From Squalus acanthias (lineage: Eukaryota), in NCBI GenBank assembly GCA_030390025.1, contig JASTWF010000033.1:6326001-6390000 (forward strand): 64,000 bases of DNA, written 5' to 3'. The notes below the pieces were generated by a model, which saw nothing but the letters and a program-made list of their open reading frames with translations, ran no database searches and had not been told where the DNA came from. The translations under genes were made by a program, and so were the position numbers. Shown one piece after another: positions 1 to 21,589 of this stretch. Each line of letters begins with the position of its first letter. Positions within the stretch are counted from its first letter, which is position 1.

Positions 1-8570
<8,570 letters not shown>

Positions 8571-8909
8571 TCCATGATCGGACACACCGCTAGATCAGAC
8601 GCCCCATCCAACCCAGTTTCATCCATCCGACCTACCTGGTCCTGCTCCGGAGTCCCCCCACCCCGTCCGACTGGAAGCCCGACTGTCAATCAGGCTGACT
8701 TCCGGGGTGGGGAACCAGTCAAGGAGAAAGGACGTATGCTGTGGAGTTCAGACACCCCAACGTCCGGGAATAGCTGGACTTCCTGGTATCCTGTCTGATA
8801 TTCCACATCCACACCGTACCCTCCGACCATCGTACATAACCCGCCTCTCTTAATATCCAGGCGGAAGTATATGAGCAAATGCAAAATACGGAGACTGCTT
8901 TAATTCTGA

Positions 8910-10920
8910 TAAGAACATAAGAACATAAGAAATAGGAGCAGGAGTAGGCCATTTGGCCCTTCGAGCCTGCTTCGCCATTCAATGAGATCATGGCTGATCT
9001 TCTGCCTCAATTCCATTCACCGGCCTTATCGCCATATCCCTTGATGCCCTTACTAGTCAGAAATCTATCGACCTGTTTTGAATATACCCAATGACTGAGC
9101 ATCCACAGCCCTCTGGGGTAGAGAATTCGAAAGATTTACCACCCTCTGTGTGAAGAAATTTCTTCTTATCCTTGTCCTGAATGGCCTACCCTTTATCCAA
9201 AGGCTGTGGCCCCCGGTTCTAGACTCCCCAGCCAAGGGAAACATTCTCCCAGCACCCACCCTATCAAGCCCTGTAATAATTTTGTATGCTTCAATGAGAA
9301 CCCCTCTCATTCTTCTGAATTCAAGAGAATACAGGCCTAGTTTACTCAATCTCTTCTCATACGACAGATCCGTCATCCCAGGAATAAATCTCGTGAACCT
9401 TCGTTGCACTCCCTCTATGGCAAGTATATCCTTCCTTATGTAAGGAGACCACAATTGTACACAGTACTCCAGGTGTGGTCTCACCAAGGCCCTATAGAAT
9501 TGGAGGAAGACTTCTTTACTCCTGTACGCAAGTATCCTCTTGTAATGAAGGCCAGCATACCATTTGCCTTCCTAATGGCTTGCTGCACCTGCACATTCAC
9601 TTTCAGTGACTCATGTACAAGAACACCCAGGTACCTTTGAGCATCTGCATTCCCCAATCTTTCACCATTTAGGAAATACTCTGCCTTTCCGTTTTTTCGA
9701 CCAAAGTGGAAAATTCACATTTATCCTCATTATAATCCATCTGCTATGTTCTCGACCACTCACTGAGCCTGTCGACATCCCCTTGAAGCCTCTTCAGATC
9801 CTCTTCGCAACTAACACTGCCACCTAGCTTTGTGTCATCAGTAAATTTGGAAATGTTACATTTAGTCACATCATCCAAATCATTAATATAGATTGTGAAT
9901 AGCTGGGGCCCAAGCACCGATCCTTGCGGTACCCCACTAGTCACAGCCTGCCATCCTGAAAAAGACTAATTTATCCCTACTCTGTTTCCTGACTGTTAAC
10001 CAATTATCAATCCATGCTAGTATATTACCCCCAATTCCAAGTGCCCTAATTTTTTTCACCTCTTGTGTGGGACCTTATCGAAGGCCATCTGAAAATCCAA
10101 ATGCACCACATCTACTGGTTCCCCTTTGTCTACTCCACTAGTTACATCCTCAAAGAACTCCAATAGGCTTGTCAAACAGGCCTTCCCTTTCATAAATCCA
10201 TGTTGACTCTGCCCAATCTTACTATTAGTTTCTAAGTGCCCAGTTATTGCAACCTTTATAATAGATTCCAGCATTTTCCCAACGACTGATGTGAGACTAG
10301 CAGGTCTGTAGTTCCCCTTTTCTCTTTCCCTCCTTTCTTAAAAAGCGCGGTTACATTTGCTATCCTCCAATCTGCAGGAACCATTCCAGAATCTATAGAA
10401 TTTTGGAAGATGACAACCAATGCGTCCACTATCCCAATGGCCACCTCTTACAACACCCGAGGATGTAGGTCATCCGGTCCTTGAGATTTATCGACTTTTA
10501 GTCCCATTAATTTTGCAAGTACTTTTTTTTTAACAAATAATAATTTCATTATGTTCTTCATTCTCGCCACACCCTTGGTTTTCTTGTATTTCTGGGAGGT
10601 TTTTTGTGTCTTCCTCCGTGAAGACAGAAACAAAGTATTTATTTAATTTCTCGGACATTTCCTCATTCCCCATTATAAATGATCCTATCTCTGAGTGTAA
10701 AGGACCTACATTTACCTTCTTTTCCTTTTCTCATACCTATAGAAGCTTTTACAATCCGTTTTTATATTTTTCGCTAATTTGTGCTCATATTCCATTTTCC
10801 CTTTCTTTCTCCATTTCTTGGTCCCCCTGTGCTGATTTCTATAAGATCCCAATCCTCAGGCTGACTGTGTTTTCTGGCAACTTTATAAGCTTCCTCCTTT
10901 TACTTAATACTAACTTTAAT
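8910..10920 (-). mobile_element. 5'-truncated CR1 (HER1-like) LINE, disrupted ORF2 RT
   Basis: Minus-strand ORF pieces GVPQGSVLGPQLFTIYINDL, KFTDDTK, RPHLEYCVQLWSP; CR1 3' stem-loop and (TTCTTATG)n tail at 8910-8990. Confidence 0.93.
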
Positions 10921-10924
10921 TTAT

Positions 10925-12330
10925 TAAATAATACAATGCTGAAAACACTCAGCGGGTCAGGCAGCATCTGTGCAGAGAGAAACAGAGTTAACATTTCAGG
11001 TCCATGACCTTTCATCAGAACTGGATGATTCCAGATATTATCAGTATTAAAGCAATGATAGAGTCACAGAAAAGTGCTTTAGCATAAGGATAGAACAAAT
11101 AGGAATCGCTGTGATTGGTTGGAGGGCAGGAGTGATTCAATGACTAAAGGGATGATGGCGCAAGGCGAATGGGAGAATTAAAGAAACAGAAGATGGGTCT
11201 AGAGGAGGTGTAAATGGTTACAGCAGAATAACAAGGAGGAGGGGTAGTAGGGCACATGTGGCAGAGAAAGTTGGGTAGACCCCAGGTGTTTGGGCCAGCC
11301 CGCTGACCGTGTACCGGGATCGCCACCACACAGTCCCAGCCCAAACCTCCTCCACTCCCAGTGGCTCTGGTCGAGCCATCCTCCATTACCAGCACATGTC
11401 GTCCGAGAAAACGGGAGCAGAGTTTATGATCTGAAGTTTTTAAACTTAGTTTTGAATCCGGCAGGCAATAAAATGCCGAATCGAAAAATAAGGTGCTGCT
11501 CCTCATTGAGTTTAAAATGGAAACAGTGCAGGAGGCCGAGAACAGAGAGTTCAGAGTGGGAGTGGGATGTAGAATTAAAGTGGGAACTGAGCTGAAGCTC
11601 TGGATCACACTTGTGGACTGAACGGAGGCGTTCAGCAAAGCAATCACTCAATCTGTGCTTAGTCCACCCAATGCACAGGAGACTGGATCGTGGGCAGCGA
11701 GTATGATTTACTAAATGGTGGAAGTACAAGTAAATTAGTCTTTCACGTGGATGGAATGTTTGGGGCCTTGGCTGGTGGGATGGAAAGATGGGAAAGGGCA
11801 GCTGTTGCATCTCCTGCGCTTGCATAGGAAGATGCCGGGGAAGGGGAGCAGATGTTAGTGGTGATGGAAGAGTGGACCAGGGTGTTGCGAGGGCCGGGGG
11901 GATGGGAGTGCAGGGGAAGATATGTTTGTTGTTGGCCTTAGCTGGACATGATGGAATTGGCAGAGGATGATCCGTTGAATGTGAAGGCTAGTGCAGTGGA
12001 AGCTGAGGACAAGGGGTGATGGGAGCAATGCAGATTGACACGGTCGAGGGCCCTGTCATTCACAATGGAGGTGAATACTCGGCTGAGGAAATATGAAGAC
12101 ATTTCGGAAGCACTGGTGTGAAAGGTGGCATCGTCAGAACATATGCAACGGTGGCGGAGAAACTTTGAGAATAGAATATAGCCCTTCCAGGAAGCCGGGT
12201 GGGAGGATGTCTACTCAAGATTCCTGTGGGAGTTGGTGAGATTATAGTATATATTGGTGGATGGCCTAGACCCTGAAATGAAGATCGAGAAGTCGAGGAA
12301 GGGAATGAAAGATCACTGTGGTTCGCCATT
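10925..12330 (-). mobile_element. Penelope-like element fragment (RT C-terminus, GIY-YIG endonuclease, terminal repeat)
   Basis: ORF 11424..11825 reads RCPRSSLLCIGWTKHRLSDCFAERLRSV...SHFNS (GIY-YIG-like), homologous to 37995..38378; terminal region carries a hammerhead motif. Confidence 0.85.
10986..11022 (-). ncRNA. Minimal type I hammerhead ribozyme motif
   Basis: Minus strand AGUU-CUGAUGA-A-AGGUC-AUG-GACCU-GAAA-U-GUU-AACU: catalytic cores CUGANGA and GAAA, 5-bp stem II, stem I AGUU/AACU. Confidence 0.75.
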
Positions 12331-12399
12331 TAAATGTTATTCCTGTATTTAAAATGGAAGATAGAACAATTCCATGCATCTACAGAGCAGTTAGCATAA

Positions 12400-14460
12400 C
12401 GTCGATGGTTAATGGAATCCTTACTCAAAGATGTAACAGAAAAACATCTAGAAACACAAAATATAATAACGAGTAGTCAGCTGGTTTTCCAAAAGGAAAT
12501 CATGGAATGGTTATAGCACAGAAGGAGGTCATTCGGCCTGTCGAGCCCGTGCTCACTCTCTGCACATGCACTGCAGCTAATCCCAATCCCTGCCCTTTCA
12601 CCGCAGCCCTGCAATTCTTTTCCTTCAGGTACTTATCCCATTTCCTTTTGAAAGCCACGATTGAATCTGCCTGCACCACCCTTTCAGGCAGTGCATTACA
12701 GATCATAACGCAACGCTGCCTTAAAAAGTTTTTCCTCATGTCACCTTTGGATCTTCAGCACATCACCTAAAACCTGTGCCCTCTGGTTCTTGACCGTTCT
12801 ACCAATGGGAACAGCTTCTCTCTATCTGCTCTGTCTACTCTGTCTAGAACCCTCATGATTTTGATCACCTCTATCAAATCTCCTCTCAATCTTCTCTGCT
12901 CTACTGAGAAAAACCCCAGCTTCTTTAGTATATCTACATAACTGAAGTCCCTCATCCCTGGAAACATTCTTGTGAATCTTTTCTGCACCCACTCTAAAGA
13001 CTTCATGCCCCTTCCTAAAGTGCGGAGCCCAGAATTGGACACAATACTCCAGTTGTGGCCGAACCAATGTTTCATAAATGTTTATCATAACTTCTTTGCT
13101 TTTGTACTCTATGCCTCTATTTATAAAGCTAAGATTGCAGTAAGCATTTTTAACCGCTATCTCAACTTGCCCTGCCACCTGCAACGATTTTTGTAGATGT
13201 ATCCCCGGGTCCATCTGTTCCTGCACCCCCTTTGTAATGTCTTGCTTGAGTAACCTTAGTGAATTATTTGAATAAGTATCAGAAAGATTAGATAAGGGTT
13301 ATGCAGGAGATATATTTGATTTTTTAAAGCCATTCGATAAGGTACCACATAGCAGACTGAATCACAGAGCAAGTGGAGTTAGGAGACAAGCAGCAGAATG
13401 GATAGCAAGATGGCTGCAAGAACAGAAAATAGGGAGTAGTGGATAAAACTATTTACTCAGATAGTTGGATGGTGAGAAGTGATGTTCCACAAGGATCGGC
13501 GTTGCAATCATTGTTGTTCATCATTTACATAAACGATATTGAATCGGGAAGCAGAAGAACAAATTCAAAATTTGCAGATGAATCCAAATTGGAAGTACAG
13601 TTAATACAGAGGAAGAATGCAACACAATACCTGAAGAAAGTAATAAACTTGCAGAAAGGGTGTTTAAATGGCAAATTAATTTCAATATAGCTAAGTGAGA
13701 GGTACTGCATTTTGCTAGGAAGAATAAGTTTCCCAAATACTCCTTGGAAATCAGAGTGGGAATGGGGTAGAGGGGCACCGATTAACAAATCATTTAAAGT
13801 AGCAACGCATGTTAACATGACCATAAACATGGAAACAAAGCACTGGGGTTCATTTCGAGAAGAATAGAATCGTAAAGCAAAGTGGTTAGCTTAAACTTAT
13901 ATCGAACCTTGGTTATACCACACTGAGCGTGCTGTGTGCAGTTCTGATCTCCATATTACATAAAGGATATTAAGGCTGAGAAGAATGTGTAATATTTTAA
14001 CAAGGATGACACCAGAACTGAGACATTATAAGCATCAGGAAAGATTGAACAGGCTGGGGCTCCTTTCTTTACAAAAGAGAAGGCTGGGGGGTGGCCTAAT
14101 AGAGGCCTTTAAATTTTGAAGGGGTAACATAGGGTAGATGTTTATACTCGTGACGTGAGTGCAAAATTGGAGATTATCGATAAAAGAGAGTCACTAATAA
14201 ATCCGATACGGAATTGAGGCGAAATGTCTTTACTCAGAGATTGGTTAGAATTTGGAACTCCCTACAACTTGGAATACTTGAGGCGAATAGCAGAGATGCA
14301 TTTAAGGGTAAGCTGGAGAAGTACACGAGGTAGAAAGCAGTAGAAGGTTATGCTGATCGGGTGAGATGAAGAGGGGTGGGAGGAGGCTCCTGTGGAGCAT
14401 AAACACTGGCATAATCTAGTGTGGCCGAATGGCCTGTTTTGTGCTGTAAATTCTCAGGAG
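12400..14460 (+). mobile_element. Old degenerate CR1 RT and 3' end, interrupted by a younger CR1
   Basis: GF.KGK-type motif at ~12480 resumes as SCL.N-type motif at ~13240; DVPQGSAL and KFADESK motifs; CR1 tail near 14430. Confidence 0.75.
12498..13232 (-). mobile_element. CR1 3' fragment nested in older CR1
   Basis: ORF 12822..13226 contains LVRPQLEYCVQFWAPHFRK; 3' UTR and tail at ~12500. Confidence 0.85.
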
Positions 14461-14857
14461 TTCTCCGTAACTTGTGTACAAATTAATCACATTCAAAAGT
14501 TCATTTAATCATTGCGGATATTGAAGTGTTTTATTTATTGAGGCATTGCCCTATATATTACATTTTTATCAATTTATGAATGCTATTATTTACTGCCCTC
14601 GGGACTGATATGTGTATTATGAAAACCTGATATACATGTTCTTCAGTTATGCGTGTCTCTCCTCGCAGGGACTCACCTCACTGAGCTAAGGCCAGAGGTC
14701 GTTGCAGGTTACCTGTGCAGAGACTTGAATCAGAGGTAAGAACTGGTTCGTCAAACCTTAATCAGTTACAGAAGTGGAATAATCAATAACCACAGCCCAA
14801 TATTCATCCTGTCTAATGAGAGGGAGGAATTGAATGAAATAAATTGTTGGGAAATAA

Positions 14858-15190
14858 CAACAGAAAACGCTGGAAAAACTCAGCAGGCCAGGCAGCATCC
14901 GTGGAGAGAGAAAGAGAGTTAACGTTTCAGGTCGATGACCTTTCGTCAGAACTGTGAAGAGCCGGAAATCAAATAGATTTAAGGCCAGAGTAAAGCTGGG
15001 AAAAGGGGGAGGGGATAAAAGAACAAAGGGGGAGATGAAGAGACATTAAGAGACATTAATAGATATGCAAGGCTGGAGGTGGTGTTAATGTGACAGATTA
15101 AGGCTGAAAGAAGTGTGAAATCCACTGGCAGAATGAAGGACAGCTGCCAGCTTCTAGGAGGAAAAAAAGGTGGGGGGGGCAAATAAAAGG
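14858..15190 (-). mobile_element. Penelope-like terminal repeat fragment
   Basis: 14862-14953 is homologous to 10935-11022 (CTCAGC.GG.CAGGCAGCATC.GTG.AGAGAGAAA.AGAGTTAAC.TTTCAGGTC). Confidence 0.75.
14917..14953 (-). ncRNA. Minimal type I hammerhead ribozyme motif
   Basis: Minus strand AGUU-CUGACGA-A-AGGUC-AUC-GACCU-GAAAC-GUU-AACU; stem III is the palindrome ACGU; predicted cleavage triplet GUU. Confidence 0.8.
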
Positions 15191-15394
15191 GATATGTAGG
15201 GATATTGACGGGATTGAAGGCCGATAAATCCCCAAGACCTGATAATCTACATCCTAGGGTACTTAAGGAAGTGGCCGTAGAAATAGTAAGAACATAAGAA
15301 CATAAAAAATAGGAGCAGGAGTAGGCCAATTGGCCCCTCGAGCCTGGTCCGCCATTCAATAAGATATTGGCTGATCTGATCCTAACCGCCAATC

Positions 15395-17061
15395 TGTAAA
15401 GTTTCGGAATTATCGCGATTCAAAATAACAAGAGAGAAGCAGATTCGTTTGATCAGTTTTATTAAACGAAATGCTGTCCTGATAATAAAGGACACAGAAG
15501 CCTGTAAAATGGCCACCGCACATCGTGGCAGAAGCTTCCAGAAATACAGTGGGCAGACAAGATGGCGTTGAATAAACATTCAGTATAAGATTGGATCATA
15601 CTTGGTAAACACTAATAAAGACAGGATGCAAACCGTTTGCATTTGGAACAATAGCAAAGATATAAGTGCTGGAATCGTTTTCCTATGCACAGTAAGGACC
15701 ATTGTACTCGGCAATTGATGGCCCATCCAGACACATCAATACACAAATACCCCCACGGCTCTACAATGAGAGAGACATTGACGGGTGATTAAGTCAGTAT
15801 TCGGGGAGGCCCCAAAACCAGTCAGGGAGACGATTCATACACATCCTGGCTGGTTCAACAATGGGCAAGACATTAACGGATAGTTGGTCAGTTTCAGGTG
15901 CTACCGAAACCCGTTAAAGAAAAGAATCGCCCCATGTAGGGAGTTTTGTGCGCCAATATTACACAAAGGACAAACATTAAGTTTGAGCGGGAGATAAGGG
16001 GACACATCACTATAACTATAGAGAACTAATGTCCATCGGTCTCTTATCTCGCTGCTGACTGCTGCACTCTTATTCTCCAGGCTGGCTCTTATCTCTCGGC
16101 GGACCCTTGCTGAAGCTCTTCCTTAGGGCTGGAATTTGTGTTTCTCTGGACTTTGTTGACACTTGACTCTTAGGCGTACTGGTCGGTTATTCGAATGTTG
16201 GGTGGAGCTCAATCGGAAGAGCCGCCCCGACAAGGGCAAGTAACAGGGTACACCATCCCGAGTGTCGGAAAACGGTGTCTGGACCAGGAGGCCCGAAGTG
16301 ACAAGACGAGAAGAAGACGAGAAGAATCCACGTGCCGCCACGGTCAGTAAACCCCGACCGCGCCCGAAAATATAAATAAATAACTCTTCTTTGAGTTCTA
16401 CCGACTACAACCTGTATCGAGCACAGGAAGACACTTCTTTGAATTTTACAAACGTTCCGAGTTCTGCCGAGTTCTTCATGACAACAGAGAGTCTGGCCTG
16501 CTTTTCGCAGCAGCGAAAGTAAACAAGTGGGGTGCAGAGACCCTTTCAAACACGTGACAGTCAGGCGCTGCAGCGAAACGAGCTGAGTGCCTCACTTTAA
16601 AAATCTCTGAAGTAACAAGAGTGGTGAGCATGTTTTCCGATCCTACAAATCTAGACGTTGTGTAGGTATTGTTAAGGGAGGGTGGTTTTTAATAAGGTTA
16701 AGGGATAATGTGTTCCCCTTTTTACGATGTGCCGTGTGTTCTTCATTTCCATAGACCAAGCTTTATGAATGTATGTATACTTGTACTCTCGTTGATTTGC
16801 GCCTCGGACATGTACTTCATGATTTTAGAAGCCATGCAATAAAGATTTCCATTTCGTACTATTCAACAGGGTATATTTGAGTTTTCTCTGAATTACTGCT
16901 CGTTGCACCTAAGTCCAGTGTTAGAACCGTTACGGCGAGTAGGTCGAACTACTCACAGCTGCTTATTGCAAAAAGGCTGGCCGGAGACCAGAGCAAGCAA
17001 TAGTATTAGGCAACGTAGTCCTAACCTCGCACCAGCACCGGCTGAGACACGCCCCCTTACA
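15395..17061 (+). mobile_element. Solo LTR (1,667 bp) related to the LTRs of the 43934-53255 element
   Basis: TGTA...TACA termini; AATC TSD (15391-94 and 17062-65); shared blocks AATTATCGCGATT, GCCTGTAAAATGGCC.CCGCAC, GGCAGACAAGATGGCGTT, CATGCAATAAAGATTT, CTAAGTCCAGTGT; uninterrupted copy of the target repeat at ~54480-54560. Confidence 0.93.
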
Positions 17062-17229
17062 AATCTACTATCACACAACCATTTCCTGAACCTAACAGAA
17101 TTGGACACACGAATTAGGAGCAGGATCAGGCTACATGGCCCCTGGGCCCGCTCCGCTACCCACAGGGCCATGACCGTTCCGAACCAAGACTCATGTCCAA
17201 ATTCATGACCGCTCCCCGTAACCCTTAAT

Positions 17230-20138
17230 TCCCTTTACTTCTAGGAAACTGTCTATTTCTGTTTTAAATTTATGTAATGATGTAGCTTCTACAGCTTTTG
17301 GGAGCAGCATATTCAAGGACCTACCACCCTCTGAGTGAAGTAATTCCTTCTCATCTCAGTTTTGAAAGAGCAGCCCCTTATTCTAAGACTATGCCACCTA
17401 GTTCTAGTTTCACCCATCATCGGGAACATCCTCCCCGCATCCACCCGATCCAACCCCTTCACAATCTTATATGTTTCAATAAGATCGCCTCTCATTCTTC
17501 TGAACTCCAATGAGTAGAGTCCCAATCTACCCAACCTCTCCTCATATGTCCATCCCCTCATCCCCGGGATTAACCGAGTGAACCTTCTTTGTACTGACTC
17601 GAGAGTAAGTATGTCTTTTCTTAAGTATGGACACCAAAACTGTATGCAGTATTCCAGGTGCGGTCCCACCAATACCTTGTACAACTGAAGCAATACCTCC
17701 CTATTTTTATATTCTATCCCCTTAGCAATGAAAGCCAACATTCCATTGGCCTGCTTAATCACTTGCTGCACCTGCACACTAACCTTTTGAGTTTCCTGCA
17801 CCAAGACCCCCAGATCCCTTTGTACTTCAGTACTTTCCAGTTTCTTGCCATTTAGATAAAAACTTGCTGTACTATTTTTCCTGCCAAAGTGCATAACCTC
17901 ACACTTTCCAGTATTGTATTCCATCTGCCAAATCTCTGCCCACTTACTTAGCCTGTCTATATCCCCTTGCAGATTGTTTATGTCCTCCTCACTCAGTACT
18001 TTCCCTCCCATCTTAGTATAATCTGCAAACTTTGATATGTTACACTCGGTCCCCTCCTCCAAATCGTTAATATAGATTGTAAAGAGTTGGGGACCCAGCA
18101 CCGACCCCTGCGGAACCCCACTGGCTCCTGGTTGACAGTCCGAGAATGAACCATTTATCCCAACTCTCTGCCTTTTTTAGATAGCCAATCCTCTCTCCAT
18201 GCCAGAATATTACCCCCAATCCAGTGATGTTTTATCTTAAGCAATAATCTTTTGTGTGGCACCTTGTCAAATGCCTTTTGGAAGTCTAAATACACCACAT
18301 CCACTGGTTCCCCTTTATCCACCCTGTGTGTTACTTCCTCAAAGAACTCCAGCAAATTTGTCAAACATGACTTCCCCTTCATACAACCACGCTGACTTTG
18401 TCCTATTCAATTATGATTATCCAAATGTCCCGTTACTGTCTCCTTAATAATGGACTCCAAAATTTTACCTACCACAGATGTTAGGCTAACCGGTCTATAG
18501 TTTCCAGCCTTCTGTCTACTGCCCTTTTTAAATAAGGGTGTTACATTAGCAGTTTTCCAATCTGCCGTGATCTTTGCTGAGTCCAGGGAGTTTTCGAAAA
18601 TTATTACCAATGCATCCACAATCCCTACCGCCACTTCCCTCAAGACCCTAGGATGTAAGCCATCAGGTCCAGGTGATTTATCCGCCTTGAGTCCCATTAT
18701 TTTACCGAGTACCATTTCCTCAGTGATTTTGATCGTGTTTAGCTCCTCCCTCCCAATAGCCCCCTGTTTGTCCAGTGTTGGGATATTCTTAGTGTCCTCT
18801 AATGTAAAGACTGATACAAAATATTCATTCAGTGTATTTGCCATCTCCATATTTCCCACCATTAATTTCCCGGTCTCATCTTCTAAGAGTCCAACATTTA
18901 CTTTAGCCACCCTTTTTCTTTTTATATAAATATAAAAACTCTTACAGTCTGTTTTTATATTTTTTCTAATTTACTTTCATAATCTATCTTCCCTTTCGTA
19001 ATCAATCGTTTTGTTATTTTTTGCTGTCTTTTAAAGTTTACCCAATCCTCTATCCTCCCACTAGATTTGGCTACCTTATAAGCCCTTGTTTACAGTCGAA
19101 TACCATCCTTAATTTCTTTAATTAGCCACGGATGACTGTCTTTTCTTTTACACCCTTTTCTTCTCAGTGGAATATATATTTTTTGGAAGTTGTAAAATAA
19201 CTCCTTAACTGTACCCCACTGATCATGCATCGTCTTACCTTTAATCTATTTTCCCATTCCACTCTACTCAATTCCGCTCGCATACCTTCATAGTCTCCTT
19301 TATTCAAGCTTAGCACGCTTGTTTGACATCCGACCTTCTCACCCTCTAATTGAATATGGAATTCAACCAAGTTATGGTCACTCATTCCAAGGGGATCCTT
19401 TACTAGGACATTTTTAATTAATCCTGTCTCGTTACTCGGGACCAGATCTAAGGTTGCTTGCCAACTGGCCGGTTCAGTTACATACTGCTCAAGAAACCCA
19501 TCCCTAATAAACTCAATGAACTCATCCTCAAGGCAGACCTGCCCAATTTGATTTGTCCAATTAATATGATAGTTAAAATCCCCCATAATTATAGATGTTC
19601 CCTTATTACAAGCCTCAACTATTTCCTGATTGATACTCCATCCAACAGAGTTGCAACTATTCGGAGGCCTATAGACTAAGCCCACTAGTGTTTTTTTCCC
19701 CTTATTATTCCTTATCTCCACCCAAACTGTTTCATTATACTGATCTTTTGACCCAATATCATTTCTCTGTAATACAGTGATTCCTTCCTTTATTAACATA
19801 GCCACCCCACCTCCCCTTCCTTCCTGCCTGTCCTTCCTGATCGTTAAATAACTTGGTATGTTTAATTCCCAGGCATTGTCACCCTGCAGCCATGTTTCTG
19901 TAATGGCCACAAGATCATACCCATATGTAGTTATTTGTGCCATTAACTCGTCTATTTTGTTACGAATGCTACGTGCATTCAGATAGAGAACGTTCAAATA
20001 TGTTTTGTAACAGTTAGCTCCTGCTTTTGCCCTTTTTATTACTTTACCTTTTACTCCATACCTTCTGCCCCTTCCTGACACACTCTGGTTTTTAATTTCC
20101 CCACTGCTACCTAAGTCTATTACCTTCTCTGTTGTCAT
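17230..20138 (-). pseudogene. CR1 ORF2 (APE endonuclease + reverse transcriptase), frameshifted
   Basis: YLNARSIRNK, AITETWL, YRPPNS, MGDFN, SDHN (endonuclease); [29 protein letters not shown] (RT), spread over several ORFs. Confidence 0.92.
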
Positions 20139-20201
20139 TTTTATTATTTGCTCTATAGGAACCTCCCCCCGACTAGATAGTTTAAAGCCCTCTCTACAGC
20201 C

Positions 20202-21119
20202 CTAGTCATGATCTGCCAGGACTCTAGTCCCAGCACTGGCCAAGTGAAGCCCGTCCCAACGGAACAGCTCCCTCCTGCCCCAGTACTGGTGCCAGTGTCC
20301 CAGGAAGCAAAACCCATTTCTCCCACACCAGTCTTTGAGCCACTCATTTAAATCTCTATTTTTATTTGTCCTAGCCAATTCCGCTCGTGGCTCAGGTAAT
20401 AATCCAGAGATTATTACCCTTGAGGTTCTGTTTTTTAATTTGACCCCTAGCTGCTCATACTCCTTTAAAATAACCGACTTCCTTGTCCTATCTACGTCGT
20501 TTGTACCAACATGGACCACGACAACTGGATCCACCCCCTCCCACTGCAAGTTTCTTTCCAGCCCCGAGGAGATGTCCTTAACCCTGGCACCGGCCAGGCA
20601 ACACAGCCTACGGGACTCTTGCTCTCGGCTGCACAGAACTCTATCTGTCCCCCTAATAATACTATCCCCGACCACTACAACATTTCTATTTACTCCCCCC
20701 TCTTGAATGGCCCCCCGTTCCACGGTGCTGTGGCCAGGTTGCTCATCCTCCCTGCGGTCCCTGCTCCCGTCCTCACAGGGAGTAAGAACCTCTAACCTGT
20801 TGGACAAGAGCAAGGGCTGCGGCTCCTCCAACACTACCTCCTGGATCCCCGTACCTGCCTCACTCATAGTCACACCGTCCTGTCTCTTACCATGGGCTAC
20901 ATCTGAATTAATTAACTTCATAGGTGTGACCACCTCCTGAAACACAAAGTCCAGGTACTTCTTCCCCTCCCTAATGTGTCGCTGTGTCTGAAGCTCAGAC
21001 TCCAGCTCATCAACAGGGAGCTGGAGTTCCTGTAGCAGCAGACACTTGTCACAGATGTAATCACTGTGAGCCTCAATGAGGTCCACCGGCTCCCACATCT
21101 TGCAACAGTAACACATCAC
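20202..21119 (-). pseudogene. CR1 ORF1 (zinc finger/coiled coil + SGNH esterase domain)
   Basis: CYCC...CDKC, heptad region, VVVGDSII, GA.V.D, HVGTND and DGLHL esterase blocks. Confidence 0.88.
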
Positions 21120-21589
21120 CTGCTCCAGTCTATGTAATTAATTATTTTTTTTATTCTTAGTTATGGACACTCTCTGCCCGATTATAGCTGCTAGTATCCC
21201 CTCTAATTAATTGGATTTAAATTAAATCAAGCCCTCTAAATTACACCAGTTAAATGGTTTATCAACAGTCACTCTGCACCAGAATGGCCTTAATAACTAC
21301 AAGCCAGAGTTAAAGTTTGAAAAGAGCAACCTTCACCCCACTCACCCGAACTCACACTTACCCCAACTCAGCACTCTCTGCTGACTTGCACTCTGTGCTT
21401 GCTCTCACTAGCACTGGTCTTTTTCTACTGTTTGTTTGTTTACAGCCAAATGAGTCACCCCTGCTGATTGATTAGAAAACTGATTGCCACTGCCTGCTGT
21501 GCCAATTTACTCCGACTGCAGTGTAACCTTGTTTTACACTTCTTACTATTTTGATCAAACCAGTTAAGTATCTGTAACCAAATAAAACT

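Noticed and set aside
8575..8905. Possible exon or ORF next to the satellite
   Set aside because: Short ORFs with no recognisable motif or convincing splice pair.
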